This document shows, one piece after another, positions 47,582-58,421 of a stretch of DNA of 64,000 bases (the stretch's first letter is position 1; the number at the start of each line of letters is the position of its first letter). The notes below the pieces were generated by a model. The model made no database searches, was not told where the DNA came from, and was given only the letters and a program-made list of their open reading frames with translations. The DNA is from an uncultured Bacillota bacterium (GTDB lineage: Bacteria; Sysuimicrobiota; Sysuimicrobiia; Sysuimicrobiales; Segetimicrobiaceae): the NCBI GenBank assembly GCA_963804645.1, contig CAWDRG010000017.1, positions 384,001 through 448,000 of the forward strand. The letters are read 5' to 3'. A program made the translations under genes and the position numbers.

Positions 47582-48862
47582 GTGACGATCGACGTCGCGG
47601 CGCAGCATACATTTACCCTGGACGCCGACGGCGAAGCCTGGGCCGCGCCGACGCTCGCCGCGCCCGGGACATCGTGGGAGCGCGGGGCGGCGGCCGTCGT
47701 GATCCTCGAAGTCGACGGCCGGCGCCGGCAGGACCTGGTGGTCGCCGGCGGCGCCGAGCCGACCGAATACCTTCGGTCCCTCGGACGACTCACGCGGGGA
47801 CCGCACGTCCTGCGGCTCGAGGTCGACCGCCGCGCCGCGGTCCCGCCGACCGGCGGAGTGGAGCTCCTCGGCCTCCGCACCGGCGGAGTCGCCGACGAAG
47901 ACCCGTCCGCCCCGATCTGGGCGTCCACCCCAATCCTCTACTACCGACACGATGCCGGACTGCCCGACGGGGTCGTCACCGATACGCCGCTGCTCCTGTT
48001 CTACCGCGCGGTCGCGTCCCCGGCCGCGCCGGACTCCTCGCGCCCGGGCCTCGAGTATCACGTCGTCTTCTCGCACGAGGATGCCGGCACCGATCTGACC
48101 GGACTGCTGGCCAAGTGGGGCCACACGACGGACATCGAGTGGATCTACCGGGTGGAGTGGAACGACTCCGGCGGCATCGCACGTGAGGAGTATCAAGGCC
48201 GCGGCCACCGTACGCTCCCGTTCCGCGGAGCGCGTGCGTGGGGCGTGCATCCGGTGCTGCAGGTGACCGGCCGGCACGGCATGGTGACGGACCGCGTGGA
48301 TGGGACCCGGCGGGTCGCGCTCGCGCCCGCCCTTGCGCAGCCCGAGGACGAGCCGCGCGAAGGCGTGCTGCAGCGCTTTCCGTGGGTCTACCGGGTGAGC
48401 GCGCTCGAAGTCCTCCGCCAGGTGGCGTTGGAACAGACCCCCGACCCGTCGAGCCCCGCGCCGGCCGACCTCCGGGGATATCTGTTCCTCCACTGGAAGC
48501 GCCGCCCGGGGGCGTCGCAGCCGCTCGAAGCCGGCGTCCGGATCGGGGGGTGCTGGTACACATCCGCGTGGGGCCGCCCCGATCTCGCGTTCGGCGGGGC
48601 GGACGCCGAGAGCACCGCGGTCAAACTTCCCCCCGGCGCCGACGACGCGGCCATCGACGCCATCGCCGTGCGGGCCGTCTCGCCCGTCGCGGTCCCGATC
48701 GACGCCACCCTTGTGCGCGCGTTTCGGTTGGACGACCGCTACCTGCCGGGGAGCGCACTCGCCGCGCGCGGCGCGGTTCGGATCACCGAGCCCCACACGT
48801 GGGCCGTCGCCTGGGAACGGACCGGCGAGCCTCCCCAGCCCCGGCGCACGGACGCCGGCTGA
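47582..48862 (+). CDS. Hypothetical protein (true start possibly GTG 47518 through a frameshift)
   Basis: 426-aa ORF with host-like codon use; SHEDAGT...KWGHTTDIEWIY segment. Confidence 0.8.
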   Translation: MTIDVAAQHTFTLDADGEAWAAPTLAAPGTSWERGAAAVVILEVDGRRRQDLVVAGGAEPTEYLRSLGRLTRGPHVLRLEVDRRAAVPPTGGVELLGLRTGGVADEDPSAPIWASTPILYYRHDAGLPDGVVTDTPLLLFYRAVASPAAPDSSRPGLEYHVVFSHEDAGTDLTGLLAKWGHTTDIEWIYRVEWNDSGGIAREEYQGRGHRTLPFRGARAWGVHPVLQVTGRHGMVTDRVDGTRRVALAPALAQPEDEPREGVLQRFPWVYRVSALEVLRQVALEQTPDPSSPAPADLRGYLFLHWKRRPGASQPLEAGVRIGGCWYTSAWGRPDLAFGGADAESTAVKLPPGADDAAIDAIAVRAVSPVAVPIDATLVRAFRLDDRYLPGSALAARGAVRITEPHTWAVAWERTGEPPQPRRTDAG

Positions 48863-48886
48863 CGGACGCCGGCCCGGGCACCCGCG

Positions 48887-49348
48887 TCACCCGCGCGGGC
48901 GCTGAACGATGCGCAGGCGCGACGGCGGGTACCCGTCGGGGTCCACCACCCGCACGAAGACGTCGGTCGTCCCCTCGCCCACGCATCGCCACCGCAGCGC
49001 CGCGACCGGGATCCCCACGGCCGGAGACGTCTGCGCGCCGGCAGCCTCCGCCCGGACGAGCGTCGCCTGAACGCGGCCGCTCGCGATCGTGACGTCGAGG
49101 GTCACCGTCGGGCCGCCGGCCGTCGGCGGCGCGAGCGCAATGCAGTAGAGCATGCGCGGATCAAACACAACCTCCACCGTACACCGCGCCGGCCCGTCGC
49201 GGAACGCCTCGCCGAGATACAGGCCGGTCTGAAACGTCGTGCCGATCGTGACGCCGCCCGGGTCGGCGAGCCAGGCTCCCGGCGCTGAGCGCGGCGGACT
49301 ACCGTCCGGCGCCACGGAGGCCGCGGCCCGCACGAGGCGCCGGCGCAC
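48887..49348 (-). CDS. Hypothetical protein
   Basis: 153-aa ORF directly downstream of uvrC; beta-rich composition; no RBS seen. Confidence 0.45.
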   Translation of the reverse strand: MRRRLVRAAASVAPDGSPPRSAPGAWLADPGGVTIGTTFQTGLYLGEAFRDGPARCTVEVVFDPRMLYCIALAPPTAGGPTVTLDVTIASGRVQATLVRAEAAGAQTSPAVGIPVAALRWRCVGEGTTDVFVRVVDPDGYPPSRLRIVQRPRG

Positions 49349-49393
49349 CCGGGGCGATCAGACGGCACGCCGACCGCATGACGTCGTGCCCGA

Positions 49394-51325
49394 CTACGCC
49401 GGGTGCTCCGCGAGAAACGTGTGAATCCGCTCCGCCACCTTGCGTCCGATTCCCTCAACCGCCGCGATGTCGTCCACCGTCGCGGTCCGGACGTTGCGGA
49501 CCGAGCCGAACCGGCGGATCAGCGCCCGCTTCCGCCGCTCGCCGACGCCCGGAATCTCATCCAGCGCGGAAAACACGATCCGGCGCTGCCGCAGCATCTG
49601 GTGATACGCGTTGGCGAAGCGGTGCGCCTCGTCGCGCAGGCGCTGGAGCAGCTGCAGCGCCTGTGACTCGCGGGGCAGCGCGATGGGCTCGGAGAGATCG
49701 GGGACGTAGATCAGCTCCTGCTGCTTGGCCAGCGCGATCGAGGGAATCGCGTGGTTGTATTCAAACAAGACCTCCCGCGCCGCCCCGAGCTGCCCGCGGC
49801 CGCCGTCGAGGACGATGAGGTCGGGCAGGACCGCCCACTTCACGGGAATCGGTTCGTCGCGGTCGAGACGCTCCTGCTCCTGCCGCGCCTGGGCGAACCG
49901 GCGGCCGAGCACTTCGCGCATCATCGCGACGTCATCGGGTCCCTCCGCGTACTTCATCCGAAACCGGCGGTAGTCGCGCTTCTTCGGCCGGCCGCCCTCC
50001 GCCACGACGAGCGAGGCCACCGATTCGCCGCCCTGGAAATTGCTGATGTCGTAGCACTCGATGCGGACCGGCGGGGTCTCCAGGCCCAAGACGTGCGCCA
50101 GCTCACGCGCGCCCGGCCCGACTTCATCGCCCCGGCGGGCGCGCTCCTGTGACAGCTGCAGCGCCGCGTTCTCGCGGGCCATCTCGACGAGACGCACCCG
50201 CTCGCCGCGCTGCGGCTGGACGATCGCGACGCGGCCGCCCCGACGCTCCGCGAGCCACCGCTCGATCACTTCGCGGTCCGGGATCGGCTCCGGGACCAGG
50301 ATCTGCGGGGGCGGCGTCGACGACGCCTCGTAAAACTGCGTGAGAAACGCCGACAGCGTCTCGCCGGACGGCACGCCGCGCGTGCCCTTCAGCATCACGT
50401 GCTCCTGCCCGACGAGGCGCCCGGCCCGGACGAAAAAGATCTGGACGCACCCGTCGTCCCCCTCTTGGGCGAGCGCGACGATATCCCGATCCTCCTCGCC
50501 GGCGGAGACGATCCGCTGCTTCTCTCCGAGCGCCTCCAGGCCGCGCAGCTGGTCCCGCAGCTGGGCCGCGCGCTCGAAGTCGAGCGCCGCGGCGGCCGCC
50601 TCCATCTGGGTGCGCAGGTCGTCGAGCAGGCGGTCCTGCTTGCCCTCGAGGAACGCGCCCGCCTGCGCGACCTGCTCGGCGTACTGCTCGGGGGTCGCGC
50701 CCCACGCGACGCACGGGGCGCTGCATTGGCCGATGTAGTAGTCGAGACACGGCCGGGGCAGATTGTGCTCGATCTCCAGATTGCACGTCCGCAGCTTGAA
50801 CTGGCGCCGGATCAGCCGGATCGTCCGTCCCACGAGCTTCGGCTCGTGGTACGGGTACGGACCGAAGTACTTCGCGCCGTCTCGGGCGACCTTGCGGGTC
50901 ATGACGATCTTCGGGTAGGGCTCGTTCGTCAGCTTCAGATACGGGTAGGCCTTGTCGTCGGCCATCCGCACGTTGTACCACGGGCGGTGGCGCTTGATCA
51001 GCGTCGCCTCGAGGATCAGCGCCTCGACCTCGTTCGCGCAGACGACGGTCTCGAAGTCGCGGATCTTTGAGACCAGGTGAAGGATCCGCGGGTTGTCGGT
51101 GTGGCCCGGCTGAAAGTACTGCCGCACACGGCCCCGCAGCGACGTCGCTTTGCCGACGTAGATCACCCGGCCCGCGCCGTCGCGCATTAGATACACGCCG
51201 GGCTGATCGGGAAGCGCCGCGAGCTTCTCGTGCAGGCCGGCGACGCCGTCGGCGGCCGCGTCCAGCGGCATCGAACCCGGCGCGGCTTCATGCGCAGCTG
51301 CGGCCGCTGGATTGTGCTCGGTCAT
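49394..51325 (-). CDS. uvrC: Excinuclease ABC subunit C
   Basis: PGVYLM..IYVGKA (GIY-YIG), FERAAQLRD, IECYDISN, DGGRGQL, RDEAHRFA, HhH. Confidence 0.98.
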   Translation of the reverse strand: MTEHNPAAAAAHEAAPGSMPLDAAADGVAGLHEKLAALPDQPGVYLMRDGAGRVIYVGKATSLRGRVRQYFQPGHTDNPRILHLVSKIRDFETVVCANEVEALILEATLIKRHRPWYNVRMADDKAYPYLKLTNEPYPKIVMTRKVARDGAKYFGPYPYHEPKLVGRTIRLIRRQFKLRTCNLEIEHNLPRPCLDYYIGQCSAPCVAWGATPEQYAEQVAQAGAFLEGKQDRLLDDLRTQMEAAAAALDFERAAQLRDQLRGLEALGEKQRIVSAGEEDRDIVALAQEGDDGCVQIFFVRAGRLVGQEHVMLKGTRGVPSGETLSAFLTQFYEASSTPPPQILVPEPIPDREVIERWLAERRGGRVAIVQPQRGERVRLVEMARENAALQLSQERARRGDEVGPGARELAHVLGLETPPVRIECYDISNFQGGESVASLVVAEGGRPKKRDYRRFRMKYAEGPDDVAMMREVLGRRFAQARQEQERLDRDEPIPVKWAVLPDLIVLDGGRGQLGAAREVLFEYNHAIPSIALAKQQELIYVPDLSEPIALPRESQALQLLQRLRDEAHRFANAYHQMLRQRRIVFSALDEIPGVGERRKRALIRRFGSVRNVRTATVDDIAAVEGIGRKVAERIHTFLAEHPA

Positions 51326-51748
51326 CACCCGTTCATTATACTCGCGGAGCGCCGGACTCCCAAGCCCGCTCCCCGCCCTGTGCCGCACACGGGACTCCGC
51401 TTCACGCTGACGGTCAGGTTCGGCACAACCCGAGCACGCGTGACTTTCCGTCGTGATCGGATCGAGGACCCCGCCGCGCATCGAGTACGATGGCGCGCTG
51501 AACGTCGGCATGCACTCGTCACCATCGTCCGCCACGAACATCGCACGAGTCACGCGAGATCGGTAGATCGTCGGACACATCCGCCCGTGTCTTCCCCACG
51601 TACTCGGCCGTCGCCCCCCTGTGGTACTTTGCACAGTCTTCCACGCTGTGTCATGCTACGCTTTTTGTACGCGAGTTCGACACGCGTATGGCGAGGAAAC
51701 ACCGGACCCAGAGTTCGGCAAAATTCGAGACGAAAGGAGGACACACCA

Positions 51749-51898
51749 ATGTTGTGGACAGTCTGCGTGGTGCTGGTCGTATTATGGCTGCTCGGATTCA
51801 GCCTCCACGTCGGGGGCGGCCTGATTCACTTGCTGCTGCTCCTCGCGGTGGTCGTCCTGGTCTTCAACTTGTTGACCGGTGGCAGGGCGTTTGCGTAG
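51749..51898 (+). CDS. Small membrane protein, lmo0937/DUF5670-like (49 aa)
   Basis: AAGGAGG RBS; MLWTVCVVLVVLWLLGFSLHVGGGLIHLLLLLAVVVLVFNLLTG. Confidence 0.9.
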   Translation: MLWTVCVVLVVLWLLGFSLHVGGGLIHLLLLLAVVVLVFNLLTGGRAFA

Positions 51899-51978
51899 AC
51901 CGCTCGATGAGGGGAACAACGTCGGTCGGATCAAGGATTAAGGTAGGCACTGGGTACCAACGAGAGGAGGTCGACGCG

Positions 51979-52197
51979 ATGAACAAAGATCAACTCGGCG
52001 GGAAGCAGCGGCAACTCCGCGGGGCCGTTAAGAAGCAGTGGGGAAAGCTCACGAACGATAAGCGGAATCAACGGGCGGGCAAGACGGACCAGGTAGTCGG
52101 CAAGATCCAGGAGCAGTACGGCGATCTGCGCGCGGGGGTCGCACGACGCCTGGACGCGGTCGACAAGACCGTGGCGTCAAAGAACCGCTCGCGGTAG
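51979..52197 (+). CDS. CsbD family stress protein
   Basis: GGAGG RBS; MNKDQLGGK..QLRGAVKKQWGKLTND...VGKIQEQYG. Confidence 0.92.
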   Translation: MNKDQLGGKQRQLRGAVKKQWGKLTNDKRNQRAGKTDQVVGKIQEQYGDLRAGVARRLDAVDKTVASKNRSR

Positions 52198-52557
52198 CGA
52201 CCGGAGGGTGCGCAGGCTGTTGTCCAGAACGTCGGCGCTTCGTTCGAGCGCAGCCGGAATCGCGCGGGTCCGGTCGCAGCCCGTGAGTGAGCAGGGGTGT
52301 AGACCGCCGGCGCGAACAGGTGGGCGGGCTTACCTCGAACAGGAGGCGTGCGCCGAATCGCACCCCGTCCCGGGGCGAAGACGGATCGGTACCCACCGAT
52401 CACCTGAGCATGCAGGTGTGCGGGTCACCGCGGCCGTCATGATCGTGCGCGTCTCCGCGGCCACCGTGCTGCGGCACCATCCGCGTGTACTTGTCCCCAT
52501 GCATGGGGTAACGTACACTGGAGTGGAGTCTCAGAACGACACCGGGCCGGAGTTGCG

Positions 52558-53304
52558 ATGTTGAAGAACCGTGTTGCCGTATGGGTGATCACCGCCGCGC
52601 TGTGCGTCGGGGCGCTCGGAGTCGCGCGGCCGTCCGCCGCCGCCCCGTCCGCGGGGGTCGATGCGCTCCAACCCGTGTTCAGCCGGTTGCTCGGCAACCC
52701 GCCGGTCGTCCGCGTCACCGCGGTGCCCGGTCCCCACGACGGAGCCTACAACCAGGTCGGCGTCTACGCCGAGCACGCGGCGATCCAGGGGCTGCGCATC
52801 GACCAACTCTGGTTCCGGCTCCTCGGCGTGACCCTGGATCCGTCCCAACTGCGCCGCGGCACGCTGCAAGTGGTCGCGGTGCAGACCAGCGCGATCTACG
52901 GCAAGGTGGCGCTCGAAAGCGTGCAGGATCTGCTCAATCATGAGAACACGGTGAAGGACGTCACGCTGACCGCGGACGGCGCCTCGACGATCGCCGCCGG
53001 CACGATCGTCTACAGCGGCCTTCCCACCCACGTGCGCATGCGGGGGACGTTCGAAGTGTCCGGGGTGCCGGAGATCTTCTTTCACCTCCAGGATCTGACC
53101 GTCGACGCCCTGCCCATGCCGGGCGCGGTGGCCGCGCAGGTCGAGCAGCAGATCAACCCCGTCGTGGACCTGCGCGGCTGGCCGGTGTCGTTCGCCATCC
53201 GGACGTTCCGCCAAACCGAGACCGGTTTCATCCTCAGCAGTCAGGCCGATGACACGCAACCGTGCGAGGCGTGCATCGGCGCGCCGGTGCAGCCGAAGCC
53301 GTAG
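52558..53304 (+). CDS. Secreted DUF2993/LmeA-like protein
   Basis: Signal peptide; GLRIDQL and INPVVDL; beta-rich. Confidence 0.65.
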   Translation: MLKNRVAVWVITAALCVGALGVARPSAAAPSAGVDALQPVFSRLLGNPPVVRVTAVPGPHDGAYNQVGVYAEHAAIQGLRIDQLWFRLLGVTLDPSQLRRGTLQVVAVQTSAIYGKVALESVQDLLNHENTVKDVTLTADGASTIAAGTIVYSGLPTHVRMRGTFEVSGVPEIFFHLQDLTVDALPMPGAVAAQVEQQINPVVDLRGWPVSFAIRTFRQTETGFILSSQADDTQPCEACIGAPVQPKP

Positions 53305-53390
53305 GACGGTCGGGCCGACACGCGGCCCGGGGTCAACGACGCACCGGATGGTCGCTCCCGATCGATAGGACACCGCATACCCGCGCGGGC

Positions 53391-54275
53391 GTGCCGCGGG
53401 GGCCGGGACGCCCCGCGGCGGTCGCCCTGGCGGCGGGGTTTGCGGTCGTCGTCTGGGGCGCGTCGCCGATCGCGACCAAGATTGCCGTCACCCACCTCAA
53501 CCCCTTGATGGTGGCGATGCTCCGCACGCTTTGGGCGGCGGTGCTCCTCCTGCCGGTCGTCGGCGTGGGCCGGCTCCCGCGACCCCTCGGGACCGCCCGG
53601 TGGGCCCCGCTCGTCGTCTCGGGGCTCTGCGGATTCGTCGGGTTCCCGGTCCTGTTCACGTACGGGGTGCGGCTGACGACGGCCTCACACGCCGCCCTGA
53701 TCCTTGCGCTCGCCCCCGTCTCGACCGGCGTGATCGCCGCGGTCCTGGAGGGCCACCCGGTGTCGGCGCGGTGGGTCGCCGGCGCCGCGGTCGCCCTCGC
53801 CGGCGCGGTCGCGCTCGTCGTCTTTCGCCTGGGCCTTCGGGGGGCCCCCGAGTCGGTGGCGGGGGACGCGCTCGTGCTGTGCGGGCTCTTGTGCGGGACC
53901 GGCGGCTACGTCGTGGGAGCCCGGGCGGCCCGGGAGTACGGCTCGTGGGCGACCACGGTGTGGGGCATCGTCCTGTCGGGGGCCGCCGTCCTGCCGGCGT
54001 TCGCCGTCCTCGCCTCCCGGACGCCGTGGACGGCGGTCACGCCGGCCGAATGGATCTCCGTGGGCTATCTCGCCGTGATGGTCTCGATCGTGGGCTACGT
54101 CGCGTGGTACTGGGCGCTCGCGTCTGGCGGGATCGCGCGGATGGGGCTGGCGCAGTTCGCCCAGCCGATCGTCACCGTGGCGCTCGCGCTCGTGATGCTG
54201 CGCGAGGCGGTCACGCTCCCGCTGGTCGCCACCGGCGCATGCATCCTGGCCGGCATCTCCCTCGCGCGCCAGTGA
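53391..54275 (+). CDS. EamA/DMT transporter (start uncertain)
   Basis: VWGASPIATK, TTASHAALI, ten TM helices. Confidence 0.9.
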   Translation: MPRGPGRPAAVALAAGFAVVVWGASPIATKIAVTHLNPLMVAMLRTLWAAVLLLPVVGVGRLPRPLGTARWAPLVVSGLCGFVGFPVLFTYGVRLTTASHAALILALAPVSTGVIAAVLEGHPVSARWVAGAAVALAGAVALVVFRLGLRGAPESVAGDALVLCGLLCGTGGYVVGARAAREYGSWATTVWGIVLSGAAVLPAFAVLASRTPWTAVTPAEWISVGYLAVMVSIVGYVAWYWALASGGIARMGLAQFAQPIVTVALALVMLREAVTLPLVATGACILAGISLARQ

Positions 54276-54308
54276 TCGGGCGCCTCCGTCGGCGCGGCGG
54301 GGTCGGCG

Positions 54309-55322
54309 TTACGCCGGCCGTCTGGCGGTGAGGCGGCAGTTGGGCTGCTCCCGCACCTTCGGGTTGGCCAGATAGGTCGGCCATTCCCAACGCAGGAACT
54401 GGACCACCTGGCGGTTGACCTTCTCGCACAACTGCCCCAACGCCTCGACGGTGGTGGACGCGTAATGCGGCGTCAGCACGACGTTGTCCAGGCTGAACAA
54501 GGGGTTGTCCTTCGCCGGCGGCTCGGGGGTCTGCACATCGAGCCCCGCACCGCTGAGACGCCCCGACCGCAGCGCCGCGACGAGCGCCTGCTGATCCACC
54601 ACACCCCCGCGTGAGGTGTTGATCAGGATCGCGCCCGGCTTCATCCGGGCGAACGCCACCGCGCCGATCATCCCGCGGGTATCCTCGGTCAGCGGGGTGT
54701 GCAGCGAGACGATATCCGCCTGCGAGAGCAGTTCGTCGAGCCCGAGCTTTTCGACGCCCGCCTTCGCCATCTCCGGGGCGTCCACGTACGGGTCGGCCGC
54801 CACCACCCGCAGCCCAAACGGCAGCGCGCGCTCGGCGACCTTTCGGGCGATGTGGCCGAAGGCAACCAACCCGAGCGTCCGCCCGCGCAGCGAATGCATC
54901 GGCAGCATCGCGCCGGGGACCCAGCCCCCGCCCCGGACGTGCCGGTCGGCGAGGATCAGCTTGCGCGTCACGCCCAGGATCAGCGTCCACGTGGTGTCCG
55001 CGACCTCGTCGTAGCAGAAATCGGGCACGTGCGCGACGCACACGCCGTGCTTGGTCGCCGCGGGAAGATCCACCGTGTCGAGGCCGATCCCGGTGCGGAC
55101 GAGGCCGACGAGGCCGGTCGCACCCGCACAGAACGCGTCGGTGATCGGCGCGCCCCCGGCGACCATCGCGTGCGCGTCCCGGGCCGCTGCGATGCGCTCC
55201 GCCTCGGTCCGGCACGACACGTAGCGCAGGATCCCGCCCGCCGCCGTGATCGCCTGTGCGTCCAGCGGAAACCGCGGCCCCTTCTCTCCCTCGCTCCACA
55301 GCACGACCAATGGTGCGCTCAT
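54309..55322 (-). CDS. D-2-hydroxyacid dehydrogenase (CtBP/SerA-like)
   Basis: GIGLDTVD, HTPLT, INTSRG, GLDV..PEP, TPHYA. Confidence 0.94.
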   Translation of the reverse strand: MSAPLVVLWSEGEKGPRFPLDAQAITAAGGILRYVSCRTEAERIAAARDAHAMVAGGAPITDAFCAGATGLVGLVRTGIGLDTVDLPAATKHGVCVAHVPDFCYDEVADTTWTLILGVTRKLILADRHVRGGGWVPGAMLPMHSLRGRTLGLVAFGHIARKVAERALPFGLRVVAADPYVDAPEMAKAGVEKLGLDELLSQADIVSLHTPLTEDTRGMIGAVAFARMKPGAILINTSRGGVVDQQALVAALRSGRLSGAGLDVQTPEPPAKDNPLFSLDNVVLTPHYASTTVEALGQLCEKVNRQVVQFLRWEWPTYLANPKVREQPNCRLTARRPA

Positions 55323-55430
55323 CCCATCCTCCTTGATCCGGTGGCCCGCGCGGGCGTACGGTCCTTCCGCGGTATTCGGCGTCGTGACGGACGGATCATG
55401 CGGCGGGGTGTCCCGGACGCGGCGTGCGGC

Positions 55431-58392
55431 CTAGCGGCCGCGGCGGCGGCTCGCCGCGGGCACGCGGGAGCGGCCGGCGCGCACCGGCGCGCCGTTCCGC
55501 GAAGGCCGGGCCGCATCCGCGAGATGCGCCCACGACCGTCCGTCGGCGCGGGCCGGGACCTTCGGCCGCGCGGCCTGGAGGCGCAGCAGCTTCCGCAGAT
55601 ACTGGCCGGTGTACGACGCCGGGATGCGTGCGACCGTCTCCGGCGCCCCTTCGGCGACCACGTACCCGCCGAGATCTCCGCCCTCGGGCCCGAGGTCGAT
55701 GATCCAATCCGCGGTCTTGATCACGTCGAGGTTGTGCTCGATCACCAGCACCGTGTTGCCGGCATCGGCCAGACGATGGAGCACCTCGAGCAGCCGCTGC
55801 ACGTCCGCGAAGTGCAACCCCACCGTCGGTTCGTCGAGAATGTACACGGTCCGCCCGGTATCGCGGCGGCTCAGCTCGGTGCTGAGCTTCACCCGCTGCG
55901 CCTCGCCGCCCGACAGCGTCGTCGCCGACTGCCCGAGCGCGACGTAGCCCAGCCCGACGTCCGCGAGCGTCCGGAGCTTGCGCTTGATCCGCGGGATCGC
56001 GTCGAAAAACTGCACCGCCTGGTCGACGGTCATGTCCAGCACGTCGGCGATCGACTTCCCCTTGTACTTGACCTCCAGCGTCTCGCGGTTATAGCGCTTG
56101 CCCTTGCACACCTCGCATGGGACATACACGTCGGGGAGAAAATGCATCTCGATCCGGACGATGCCGTCTCCCTCGCACGCGTCGCACCGCCCGCCGCGGA
56201 CGTTGAACGAGAACCGCCCCTGCTTGAACCCGCGCGCGCGCGCATCCGGCGTCGCGGCGAACAGTTCGCGGATCAGATCGAACGTCTTCGTGTACGTCGC
56301 GGGATTGCTGCGCGGCGTCCGCCCGATCGGAGACTGGTCGATGTTGATGACCTTGTCGACCAGCCGCAGCCCGTCGATCCGCTCGTGCGCGCCGGGGTGC
56401 ATCCGCGCGCCGTGCAGATGATGGGACAGTGCGCGGTACAGAATGTCGTCGATCAACGTCGATTTCCCGGACCCCGACACGCCGGTGACACAGACGAACA
56501 TGCCGAGCGGGATCGAGACGTCGATCCCCTTCAGGTTGTGCTCACGGGCGCCGCGGATCACGATCGCGCCCCCGTTCCCGGCACGCCGGCGGGGCGGGAT
56601 CGGGATCGTCCGGACCCCGGACAGAAACTGTCCGGTCACGGACTCGGGCGTGCGGAGGATCTTCTCGAGCGGGCCGGACGCCACGACGTGCCCGCCGTGG
56701 GCGCCGGCGCCCGGGCCGATGTCGACGATCCAATCGGCCGCCCGGATCGTCTCCTCGTCGTGCTCGACCACGAGGATCGTGTTGCCGAGATCGCGCAGCC
56801 GCTCGAGCGTGTCGATCAGCCGCCGGTTGTCGCGCTGATGCAGCCCGACGCTCGGCTCATCCAGCACATACAGCACGCCCATCAGACCCGAGCCGATCTG
56901 GGTCGCCAGACGAATCCGCTGCGCCTCGCCGCCCGACAGCGTGTTCGCGGTGCGGTCCAGCGTCAGGTAGTCGAGCCCGACATCCACCAAGAACCGCAGG
57001 CGCGCGCTGATCTCCTTGAGGATCTGCTGCGCGATCAACTGCTCGCGCGCCGTAAGCGTCAGCGTCTCGAAAAACTGCAGCGCGCTCCGAACGGTCAGCG
57101 CGGACGTGTCGGCGATCGAGCGGCCGCCGATCGTGATCGCCAGCACCTCGCGCTTCAGCCTCGTGCCGCGGCAGTCCGGGCAGGGCGCGACGCTCATGTA
57201 CCGCTCGATCTCTTCCTTGAGAGACTCCGAGTCGGTCTCGCGGTACCGGCGCTCCAGCTGCGGGACGATCCCTTCGAACTCCGTCTCGTACTGGCGCAGG
57301 GTGCCCCACCGGTTGTGATACTTGATCCGCACCGCCTCGTCCGTCCCGTGCAGCAGCACCCGCACGAACTCGCGCGGCAGCTTCCGCACGGGCGTGTGCA
57401 TGTCGACGCCGAAATGGTCGGCGAGCGAGCGCAGGAGCTCCTGATAGTACTCGGCCGTTGAACTCGCCCACGGCAGCACCGCCCCGTCGAGCAGCGACAG
57501 CGACGGATCGAGGACGAGGGCGGGGTCGATCTCCTGCTTGTACCCGAGACCCGTACAGGTCGGGCACGCCCCGTACGGCGCGTTGAACGAGAACAGCCTG
57601 GGTTCGATCTCCGGCAGGCTGACGCCGTCGTCGGGACAGGCGAAGTTCCGGCTGAACGTGAACTCCTCGCCGTCGACCACTGAGATGCCGACGACGCCCT
57701 GCCCGAGCTTGAGCGCGGTCTCCACGGAGTCGTTCAGCCGGCTGCGGATGTCCGGGCGGACGATCAGCCGGTCGACGACCACCTCGATCGAATGCTTGCG
57801 GTTCTTGTCAAGCGGGATCTCCTCGCCGAGCTCGTACAGGTTGCCGTCCACGCGCACGCGGGCGAAGCCCTGGCGCCTCAGATCCTGGAACAGCTGGCGG
57901 TACTCCCCCTTGCGCCCGCGCACGATCGGCCCGAGGACGAGAATCCGCCGCCCCTCGGGCATCTCCAGGACGTGGTCCACGATCTGCTCGGGGGTCTGCC
58001 GGCTGATCGGCTTCCCGCACTTCGGACAGTGCGGCACGCCGACGCGCGCATACAAGAGACGCAGGTAGTCGTAGATCTCGGTCACGGTCCCCACGGTGGA
58101 CCGCGGATTCCGCGGAGCTCCCTTCTGGTCGATCGACACGGCCGGGCTCAGGCCGTCGATGTGATCGACGTCCGGCTTCTCCATCAACCCCAGAAACTGC
58201 CGGGCGTACGCCGACAGCGACTCCACGTACTTGCGCTGCCCTTCGGCGTAGATCGTGTCGAACGCGAGGGACGACTTCCCCGATCCCGAGATCCCCGTCA
58301 AGCACGACGAGGCGGTCTCGCGGCAGCTCGACATCGATGTTCTGGAGGTTGTGCTCGCGCGCGCCGCGCACGACGATCCGATCGAGCGGCAT
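55431..58392 (-). CDS. uvrA: Excinuclease ABC subunit A (about 986 aa once a +1 frameshift at 58300-58301 is removed)
   Basis: [15 protein letters not shown] in ORF 57808-58392; [15 protein letters not shown] and both ABC domains in ORF 55431-58334. Confidence 0.97.
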
Positions 58393-58421
58393 GGTGCTCC
58401 TCGAGAACTGAGCTATGTTAT

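Noticed and set aside
51326..51748. Coding potential upstream of uvrC
   Set aside because: No frame looks protein-like, and a TATAAT directly precedes the downstream start
52200..52550. Short ORFs between the CsbD gene and the DUF2993-like gene
   Set aside because: No RBS, motif or convincing codon pattern
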